Shown here in pieces: positions 35,643 through 42,310 of a DNA stretch of 42,310 nucleotides; the first letter of the stretch is position 1; every line of letters begins with the position of its first letter. This DNA is from Candidatus Moraniibacteriota bacterium (GTDB lineage: Bacteria > Patescibacteriota > Minisyncoccia > Moranbacterales > GWC2-37-73). The DNA lies in NCBI GenBank assembly GCA_038318455.1, contig JBBQCF010000003.1, forward strand, positions 1-42,310, given 5' to 3'. The position numbers and the translations under genes are program-made. Under the pieces are notes generated by a model. That model saw nothing but the letters and a program-made list of their open reading frames with translations. It had not been told where the DNA came from and ran no database searches.

Positions 35643-35943
35643 TAAGTTAAAGAAAAAATAAAATAAAATATTTTGTTATTGTCGCTCGTTCGGAAATGAA
35701 AATTGATTTTCATTTCACTCACTACGCTAAATAATAAATTTTGAAAAATATTTTTTCTCAATAAAAAAAAACAAGAAGATAAAGATAAAAATTAAAAATA
35801 TTTGTTTTCTGAAAAAGTATTTAGAATTTTGGACGCGCCCACACATTTTTCGATAATCAGAGATTCGAGAAAGATGCGTGGGACAAAACGAGTCCTACTA
35901 AATATTCGCATAAGAGCAAATTTACGAAAGGAGGTGTTTTACC

Positions 35944-36123
35944 ATGGCAGTTAAAAAAGCAAAAAAAGCAGTTAAGAAAGCTGTTAAAAAAGTAGTTAAG
36001 AAAGTTGCAAAGAAAGCAGTTAAAAAAGCAACAAAGACTGTGAAAAAAGCAGTTAAAAAATCAGCTCCTAAGAAGGCTGTAAAGAAAGTTGCAAAGAAAA
36101 AAGTAGCAAAACGAAAGAAGTAA
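35944..36123 (+). CDS. histone H1-like Lys/Ala/Val-rich small protein (59 aa, not in ORF track)
   Basis: AAAGGAGGTG SD; MAVKKAKKAVKKAVKKVVKKVAKKAVKKATKTVKKAVKKSAPKKAVKKVAKKKVAKRKK; terminator follows. Confidence 0.88.
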   Translation: MAVKKAKKAVKKAVKKVVKKVAKKAVKKATKTVKKAVKKSAPKKAVKKVAKKKVAKRKK

Positions 36124-36183
36124 TTTCTTTTGATTCTATATAGTTTTTATTTTTCAGCTTCATCGAAAGCTCAAATATATCAA

Positions 36184-36220
36184 CAAATCAAAACCCGCCA
36201 ATTTGGCGGGTTTTGATTTG
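36184..36220. terminator. bidirectional terminator
   Basis: CAAATCAAAACCCGCCA-ATT-TGGCGGGTTTTGATTTG. Confidence 0.9.
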
Positions 36221-36228
36221 CTTGGTTA

Positions 36229-37143
36229 CTATTTGATAACTATTTTGCAAACTCTCCATTTGCCCGCAAGGTCTTTGATGAAGGTTGTTTTAGCTTTGGG
36301 GAAAATAGATTTAATAAGCTTGTTTGTTGATGATTTTTGTTCTGGACTAATTTCGAAAAAACATGAAACATGAAACATGGAGCAAGGAACAATTGATTTA
36401 TTGATTTGCTCTAGAAGTTTTCTATAGTGTTGCAATCCTTGCTCGCTACTGTAGAGTGCGGATTTTGGTTCAAACTTTTTCACATCAATTGGCGCGCTAT
36501 TGTAGATGTCTTTTGATAGGTAGGGAAGATTAGCAGTGATAATTAAATTTGTATCTCGTATCTCATCCGCATCAGGATAAGTTTGAAGCAAATATTTTGT
36601 ATTTTGTATGAATGCGGAGAGTAGATTTGATTCTAAGAATTTAATTTTATTGCTAACCTTGTGTAGCTTCGCATTTTGTTTGGCAATTGCCAGTGCATCT
36701 TTTGAGATATCTACTGCATAATATTTTGTATTTTGTATTTCGTGGGTAGCAATATCTTTTAATGAATTTGCGATTGAAATGATAATACAACCAGATCCTG
36801 TTCCAATATCTATAATTGTATTTGATGACTGATGACTAGCGATTGAAGATATTGCTTGCTCAACCATTAATTCAGTTTCAGGACGCGGCACAAGCGTATG
36901 CTTGTTCACAATAAAATTCAATCCATAAAATTCCTTGTGACCAAGAATATGTGCAATCGGCTCACCACGCATTCTGCGTGAAATTTTTAATTTTAAATTC
37001 GAAATTTTCAAGGTTGGAATTTCATATTCTGGATAAGTTAAAACAAACTCCCTTGTTTTGCCAAGGGAATCCATGAGAAGCAGTTCAATGTCAATATAAT
37101 CGAGCTTTGAACTGTAGAGTTTTATAATTTCTCCAACTGTCAT
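36229..37143 (-). CDS. prmC: release factor glutamine methyltransferase
   Basis: GEPIAHILGHKEFYG, LVPRPETE, IDIGTGSGCI, ANLPY, FEPKSAL; directly downstream of prfA. Confidence 0.95.
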   Translation of the reverse strand: MTVGEIIKLYSSKLDYIDIELLLMDSLGKTREFVLTYPEYEIPTLKISNLKLKISRRMRGEPIAHILGHKEFYGLNFIVNKHTLVPRPETELMVEQAISSIASHQSSNTIIDIGTGSGCIIISIANSLKDIATHEIQNTKYYAVDISKDALAIAKQNAKLHKVSNKIKFLESNLLSAFIQNTKYLLQTYPDADEIRDTNLIITANLPYLSKDIYNSAPIDVKKFEPKSALYSSEQGLQHYRKLLEQINKSIVPCSMFHVSCFFEISPEQKSSTNKLIKSIFPKAKTTFIKDLAGKWRVCKIVIK

Positions 37144-37196
37144 TTTTTTGAATAATTTTAATATTGGATACTTGATTGGGAATTGAAAATTTAAAC

Positions 37197-38273
37197 TTAA
37201 GCTGTTGCAGACATCTTAAGTTTAGTGTCTTCTTCTTTGAGTGCATCAATGATTGAGTCAAGGTCCCCGGCTAGGATTCCCTCGACATTGCTCCATGATT
37301 GCTTGATGCGATGATCAGTGATGCGGTCTTGTGGATAATTGTATGTCCTGATTTTTTCACTGCGATCACCAGTTCCAACTTGGCTCTTGCGAGCATCGCC
37401 AAGTTCCTTGGCCTTTCTTTCTTCTTCGGCCTGAAGAAGACGAGAGCGCAAAACTTTCATGGCCTTGTCTTTGTTTTTAAGTTGTGATTTTTCATCTTGG
37501 CATGAAACAACCACGCCAGTTGGAATGTGTGTGATGCGCACAGCGCTCTTGGTGGTGTTCACTGATTGTCCGCCTGGTCCAGAAGAACAAAATGTATCAA
37601 TACGAAGATCATTTTCACTAATAACTAAATCAACTTCTTCAGCTTCAGCCAGAATTGCCACTGTGGCAGTAGAAGTGTGAATACGTCCCATCTTTTCAGT
37701 TTCTGGCACGCGTTGCACTCGATGCACGCCAGATTCAAATTTCATTTTTTGATAAACAGGGTTTTCAGGTTTTCCATTGATTTCAAAAACAACTTCTTTG
37801 AATCCTCCTAATTCTGTGCGATTGGAATTGAGCACTAAAATGTGCCAATTGTTTTTTTCTGCAAATTTTGAATACATGCGAAAAAGACTAGCCGCAAATA
37901 GTGCTGATTCATCTCCTCCAGCTCCACCACGTATTTCCACGATAATGTTTTTCTCATCATTAGGATCTTTTGGTAGGAGCAACATTTCAATTTCTTTCTC
38001 AAGCTCGTTTAGTCTTTGAGCTAGTTCCATATTTTCATCCATCGCCATTTGTTTCATTTCTGGATCTTCATCGGTGTTCACGATTTCAGCATTTTCCTTC
38101 ATTCCTTTTTGGATTCTTTCTAGTTCATCAATTTTTCCAATCATTTCTGTTAATTCAGATTGGCGTTTGCCAAGCTGTGCCATTTTCTTGGGATCATTGA
38201 AAATATCCGGAGAGCTAAGCTCGGCTGTAATGTCCTCGTATTCTTTTTTTATTGCGTCTAATTGTGAATTCAT
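37197..38273 (-). CDS. prfA: peptide chain release factor 1
   Basis: [25 protein letters not shown] (PxT), [18 protein letters not shown]. Confidence 0.97.
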   Translation of the reverse strand: MNSQLDAIKKEYEDITAELSSPDIFNDPKKMAQLGKRQSELTEMIGKIDELERIQKGMKENAEIVNTDEDPEMKQMAMDENMELAQRLNELEKEIEMLLLPKDPNDEKNIIVEIRGGAGGDESALFAASLFRMYSKFAEKNNWHILVLNSNRTELGGFKEVVFEINGKPENPVYQKMKFESGVHRVQRVPETEKMGRIHTSTATVAILAEAEEVDLVISENDLRIDTFCSSGPGGQSVNTTKSAVRITHIPTGVVVSCQDEKSQLKNKDKAMKVLRSRLLQAEEERKAKELGDARKSQVGTGDRSEKIRTYNYPQDRITDHRIKQSWSNVEGILAGDLDSIIDALKEEDTKLKMSATA

Positions 38274-38299
38274 GATTTTTTTGTTATGCTACGAGTATG

Positions 38300-38328
38300 A
38301 TTATAGCCTTAAAAGGGCATAAAGTCAA
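38300..38328 (-). promoter_or_regulatory. prfA-prmC promoter
   Basis: Minus strand TTGACT-17 bp-TATAAT. Confidence 0.75.
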
Positions 38329-38407
38329 TTTAGATGAAAAATGAAATATGCAGATAAGCATGCTAGACTTAATTTGGTATAAATAATAATTAAATTATAA
38401 AAAAAAT

Positions 38408-38791
38408 ATGTTGAGTGAATTTAAAAAATTTGCCATAAAAGGAAATGTCGTTGATTTGGCGGTAGCTGTTATCATTGGTGCTGCATTTGGGAAAATTGTC
38501 ACATCGCTTGTTTCTGACATCATAATGCCACCAATAGGTTTTCTTATGGGTGGAGTAGACTTTTCAAATTTAGTTATCACATTAAAAGAAGCAACGGATC
38601 AGGCACCAGCAGTTGTTATTGGTTACGGCCTTTTTATGAATACTGTAATTGATTTTTTAATTATCGCCTTTGTAATATTTATAATAGTAAAGCAACTTGA
38701 AAGATTGAAAAAAACTGAAGCTGTAAAGCCTGTTGCAATAAGTGAAGATGTTCTATTGCTACGCGAAATAAGAGATTCTTTGAAAAAATAA
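38408..38791 (+). CDS. mscL: large-conductance mechanosensitive channel
   Basis: [32 protein letters not shown]...[16 protein letters not shown]. Confidence 0.97.
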   Translation: MLSEFKKFAIKGNVVDLAVAVIIGAAFGKIVTSLVSDIIMPPIGFLMGGVDFSNLVITLKEATDQAPAVVIGYGLFMNTVIDFLIIAFVIFIIVKQLERLKKTEAVKPVAISEDVLLLREIRDSLKK

Positions 38792-38851
38792 TTTTCAGCG
38801 TTAGTAATTTTTTTCTTGAAAATAATTTGTTACGTAACAAATTACGTAACA

Positions 38852-38883
38852 AAAAAAACAGCCCCATTCGGAGGCTGTTTTTG
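38852..38883. terminator. bidirectional terminator
   Basis: AAAAAACAGCC-CCATTCGGA-GGCTGTTTTTT between convergent mscL and rpmE. Confidence 0.8.
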
Positions 38884-38901
38884 ATGTATTGAAAGTCTTG
38901 A

Positions 38902-39156
38902 TTATTTGCTTTCTTTTTTAGTACGCTCTTTTTTTGCAGGAGCTTTCTTTGCTGCAGATTTTTCAGCAAGTTTTTTGAAGCGATCAACGCGTCCAGCGGT
39001 GTCCATGGTTTTCTTTTTACCAGTGTAAAAAGGATGACATGCGGAGCAGATTTCGACGTTCATTTCTTTTATCGTTGAACCTGTTGATAGGGTTGCTCCA
39101 CAAGAACAAACAATTTTTGCATCACTATGATATTGGGGGTGAGTTTTCTTTTTCAT
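38902..39156 (-). CDS. rpmE: 50S ribosomal protein L31 (zinc-binding type)
   Basis: [28 protein letters not shown]. Confidence 0.96.
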   Translation of the reverse strand: MKKKTHPQYHSDAKIVCSCGATLSTGSTIKEMNVEICSACHPFYTGKKKTMDTAGRVDRFKKLAEKSAAKKAPAKKERTKKESK

Positions 39157-39281
39157 ATAAATCTACAAAATAAATTACTAATATTGTTGACTGCTTTTTA
39201 CTTATGGCAAACAAGTAAAATACAGTTTCATAGGCAATTTGGAAATTAAGTACTCCAAAAGCCTAACACAGTAAAGGAAAA

Positions 39282-39310
39282 TTGACAAGGGGCAGGGTCT
39301 ACTATATACT
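39282..39310 (+). promoter_or_regulatory. rpsB-tsf promoter
   Basis: TTGACA-17 bp-TATACT. Confidence 0.8.
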
Positions 39311-39316
39311 ATATCT

Positions 39317-39540
39317 CGTACCTACCCAGTTAAATTCGTGGCTAGTTCATGATTATTTAACAGGGTAAATAATTAATAAAAAGCATACTTTTTCTGACTA
39401 GTCCTGTCTTAATAAATTGAGATTTCTAGCCAATATAAAGGAAAAGTAGGTGGTTATACTCCTTTTTATGGAGTGTAGCGTAAAGGAATGCCTGGACTAT
39501 TTAGCCTCATATTGGGGATATTTGGTTGGGTGAAAAAAAC
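39317..39540 (+). promoter_or_regulatory. structured 5' leader of rpsB (candidate ribosomal-protein leader RNA)
   Basis: Consecutive stems: TACCC.GTTAAAT/ATTTAAC.GGGTA; TACTTTT..TCTTAAT/ATTGAGA..AAAAGTA; GTTATACTCC/GGAGTGTAGC. Confidence 0.5.
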
Positions 39541-40302
39541 ATGCAAAAAGAAGAAACACAGACTGCTGTAGTTGCAGTAGAAGAAAAAGAGGTTAAGGAA
39601 AGCTATTTCGCTTCTCTTGATTTGTCTAAAATTGAGCAAACTCTTGAGGAAATGATGAAAGCTGGAGTACATTTTGGTCATCAAAAAGCTCGTAGAAACC
39701 CAAAAATGGATGAATATATCTTCACAACTCGTAAAGGAATCAATATTCTTGATCTTCAGAAAACACAAGAAAGACTAGAAGAAGCACTTGCTTTTCTTAT
39801 CAGTGTGAAAAAAAGTGGCAAAGCTATTCTTTTTGTGGGAACAAAAATTCAATCTAAAGATCTCGTGAGGGATATTGCTACAGAATTACAAATGCCATTC
39901 GTATCTGAAAGATGGCTTGGTGGAACATTTACAAACTTTAAGGTTATTCGCGGACGAACTCGTTATTTGGTTGATGGAGAAGCTATGCTTGCTCGTGGAG
40001 AATTCAAGAAATATACCAAATTCGAACAAATGAAAAAAATCGAAGAATTGGAAAAAATGGAAAAACGCATGGGAGGAATCAAGAATATGGCAGATCTTCC
40101 AGGTGTTGTTTTTGCTGCAAGTGTTAAGGAAGACAACCTTGCAATCACTGAAGCTAAGAAAATGGGAATTCCAGTTATCGCAATTGCTGATACCAATGTG
40201 AATCCTTCAGGTATTGATTTTCCAATTCCTGCTAATGATGATGCAATTTCATCCTTGAAACTTATTCTTGCTTACATATATAAAGCAATAAAGGAAGCGT
40301 AA
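39541..40302 (+). CDS. rpsB: 30S ribosomal protein S2
   Basis: AGVHFGH, NPKM, LFVGTK, RWLGGTFTNF, IADTN, IPANDDA. ATG 39541. Confidence 0.97.
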   Translation: MQKEETQTAVVAVEEKEVKESYFASLDLSKIEQTLEEMMKAGVHFGHQKARRNPKMDEYIFTTRKGINILDLQKTQERLEEALAFLISVKKSGKAILFVGTKIQSKDLVRDIATELQMPFVSERWLGGTFTNFKVIRGRTRYLVDGEAMLARGEFKKYTKFEQMKKIEELEKMEKRMGGIKNMADLPGVVFAASVKEDNLAITEAKKMGIPVIAIADTNVNPSGIDFPIPANDDAISSLKLILAYIYKAIKEA

Positions 40303-40329
40303 AAATAAAATTTTAAATTAGAATGGCCT

Positions 40330-40908
40330 ATGTTTGAACTAGTAAAAAAAATTAGAGAACGTACTGGTGCTGGAATGGTTGCAATCAAAAAGGCAGTTGA
40401 TGAAGCTGGTGGAGATGAGGAAAAAGCAATCGAAATTTTGAGAAAACAAGGTGAAAGCAAGGCTGCCAAGAAGGCAGATCGTGTTGCAGGGGAAGGTGTT
40501 GTTGTTTCATATGTTCATTCGAACAATAGGGTTGGCGCATTGGTTAAATTGCTTTGCGAAACTGATTTTGTTGCTCGCAATGAAGAGTTTGTGGCACTCG
40601 CTAAAGACATCGCAATGCATATCACTGCGATGAATCCTCGTTTTGTTAAGCCAGAGGAAATGTCAGAAGAAATGGTTGAAAAAGAAAAAGAAATTTGGCG
40701 AGCTCTTTTGGTTGCCGAAGGAAAGCCAGCTGAAATGATTGAGAAAATAATGGTCGGAAAAGAGAAAAAATTCAGAGAAGAATCAGCATTACTTACTCAA
40801 CCATTCGTTAAGAATCCTGAAATAACAATTGGAGAACTTATTATTGAAAATATTTCAAAAATGGGTGAAAAAATTGAAATTGGTGGAATGTCTCGAATCG
40901 AATTATAA
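40330..40908 (+). CDS. tsf: elongation factor Ts (short form)
   Basis: IRERTGAGM, AAKKADRVAGEG, CETDFVA, IAMHI, LLTQPFVK. Confidence 0.96.
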   Translation: MFELVKKIRERTGAGMVAIKKAVDEAGGDEEKAIEILRKQGESKAAKKADRVAGEGVVVSYVHSNNRVGALVKLLCETDFVARNEEFVALAKDIAMHITAMNPRFVKPEEMSEEMVEKEKEIWRALLVAEGKPAEMIEKIMVGKEKKFREESALLTQPFVKNPEITIGELIIENISKMGEKIEIGGMSRIEL

Positions 40909-40962
40909 TCTGGGATTATTTTTTGTCAGCTATAAGTTGTTAGTTATTGGTTAATATTTGAT

Positions 40963-41739
40963 ATGTATAAATATTCAGTTCGTGTATATAGTTGGGAACC
41001 AGCGCGTTCTTGCAAGAGTGAGCTTGAACTTCAAAGTGGTGATGCTATTGTCGTCAAAGAAGATACGTGTAATGAGATTGCATATATTGAAGATGGCGAA
41101 GGCATTGTCATCAAGGAGCGAAACACTTCTATTGTTCGCAAAGCGACAGAAAGAGATTTGGACATGCTAGCAAAAAATGAAGCTAAAAAAGGTGAAATCT
41201 TGAAATTGAGCAAAATCGAAATCAAACGTTTGATGCTTAACATGAAATTGGTTGATGTACATATTAGTTTGGATGGGAGTAATGCAGTCATCCTTTTTAC
41301 TGCTGATGAAAGAGTTGATTTTCGTGAGTTGGTGAAAAATCTTTCTAAGATATTCCATCGCAGTGTGCGTATGCATCAAGTTGGTTCGCGCGATGAAGCA
41401 AGAAAGCTTGGAGGATGTGGAGTTTGCGGTAGAGATCTTTGTTGTTTGCGTTTTCCAGGAGCTTTGCCTAGTATTTCAATAGATATGGCTCGCGTGCAAC
41501 AAGTTGCACACAGAGGAAGTGAAAGAATATCTGGAGTGTGTGGGAGACTTATGTGTTGTCTTTCATATGAAGCTGCACAATATCAACAAATGTTGGTGGG
41601 TATGCCAGAGGTGCGAAGTTCAGTAAAGACGCGCGATGGCAAAGGCGAGGTTATTGAATTGAATGTATTGACGGGAGATGTTAAGATAAGAATGTCAGAT
41701 GGAACTATTACGGTTGTAAAGAAGGAAGCGTTGCTTTAA
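40963..41739 (+). CDS. PSP1-domain / RicT (YaaT)-like Fe-S protein
   Basis: IVRKATERD, FTADERVDFRELVK, RDEAR..GGCGVCGRDLCC, SGVCGRLMCCLSYE. Confidence 0.9.
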   Translation: MYKYSVRVYSWEPARSCKSELELQSGDAIVVKEDTCNEIAYIEDGEGIVIKERNTSIVRKATERDLDMLAKNEAKKGEILKLSKIEIKRLMLNMKLVDVHISLDGSNAVILFTADERVDFRELVKNLSKIFHRSVRMHQVGSRDEARKLGGCGVCGRDLCCLRFPGALPSISIDMARVQQVAHRGSERISGVCGRLMCCLSYEAAQYQQMLVGMPEVRSSVKTRDGKGEVIELNVLTGDVKIRMSDGTITVVKKEALL

Positions 41740-41762
41740 TTTTTTTCAAATTTTCATTTCAA

Positions 41763-42310
41763 ATGTTGAACTATATTTTACCTCCAATAATTATCATCAT
41801 AAGTGTCTCTATTTTGATAATGTTCCTTTTTCGCAAAGCTGCTCAAATTCCAGCTGGTGATTTCATCGAAGATGAAATCAAAAGAGAAGAGGAAAAAAGC
41901 AGTGTGAAAATATTTTCAGTTATGGGGGAATGGGGTTTGAAATTTTTGGAAAGATTGATGCATCATTTAAAATTATTGTCACTCAAGTTTCACAATGTGA
42001 GCAATGTTTGGTTTCAAACAATTCGTGAAAAAAGAAAGAGAGGCGCTGATCTTAAAAAGGAAGCTGAAGAGAAAAGAATTGAACAAGGAATTATTGAGAG
42101 AAAGAGGCTTGAAAATCAAACTGCTACATTTGTGGATGTTGTTGAAAAAGAAGAAAATTTAAGACCAATGATTAGATCTGCTGTGACGATGCCACAAAAA
42201 AGCAGGATTCAGAAAAAAAATCAATTGGAAGATGCATTGATAAAGAGAATCGTAATTAACCCAAAAGACATAGAGGCATACGAAAGATTGGGTGATTATT
42301 ATCTGGAAAA
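41763..42310 (+). CDS. N-terminally anchored TPR protein (partial, runs off the window)
   Basis: ATG 41763, MLNYILPPIIIIISVSILIMFLFRK..., open to the window end; ends in TPR-like LIKRIVINPKDIEAYERLGDYYLE. Confidence 0.75.
   Translation, partial: MLNYILPPIIIIISVSILIMFLFRKAAQIPAGDFIEDEIKREEEKSSVKIFSVMGEWGLKFLERLMHHLKLLSLKFHNVSNVWFQTIREKRKRGADLKKEAEEKRIEQGIIERKRLENQTATFVDVVEKEENLRPMIRSAVTMPQKSRIQKKNQLEDALIKRIVINPKDIEAYERLGDYYLE

Noticed and set aside
35230-35645. Replication origin
   Set aside because: Only one clear DnaA box, no dnaA/dnaN nearby and no lasting switch in gene orientation.
40330-40908. Truncated tsf pseudogene
   Set aside because: Short ~200-aa EF-Ts forms are established (e.g. 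Thermus) and the motifs are intact.
110-41379. Numerous 60-160 aa antisense or overlapping ORFs in the track
   Set aside because: They are shadows of well-supported genes, with no independent initiation signals or motifs.
1-42310. Alternative genetic code (TGA=Gly) or RNA genes
   Set aside because: Conserved genes are full length under code 11 and TGA ends ORFs at sensible places; no tRNA cloverleaf or rRNA-like segment was recognised by eye.

Overview
AT-rich bacterial chromosomal segment using the standard genetic code (TGA is a stop, e.g. 5020-5022 and 22282-22284). Gene content and style suggest a Patescibacteria/CPR (Parcubacteria-like) genome; this is inferred, not verified. The backbone is housekeeping: cell envelope (murD, murA, mreB, FtsQ-like, GT4 x2, GT-C x2, GT2, WecA/TagO-like), replication (holB, rmuC) and translation (prfA, prmC, rpmE, rpsB, tsf), plus mscL and a PSP1/RicT gene. 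No rRNA, tRNA, CRISPR array or transposase was recognised. Three small genes missing from the ORF track are added: a 52-aa orphan, a 39-aa desulforedoxin-type protein and a 59-aa histone H1-like protein. Main leads: (1) a five-gene run (17463-25512) in which two large orphan proteins and two small helical proteins precede a VirD4/TraG-like ATPase, a candidate secretion or effector locus; (2) pervasive 7-bp tandem arrays that fill intergenic gaps as inverted pairs and also sit in-frame inside genes (five in prmC); (3) a subset of genes with strong Shine-Dalgarno sites, two with boxA-like leaders, amid largely SD-less housekeeping genes; (4) a perfect sigma70 promoter driving only a ~55-nt terminated RNA; (5) a D-aminoacylase homologue with His->Asn and Asp->Asn changes at active-site positions. 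All family calls are from motif recognition by eye.
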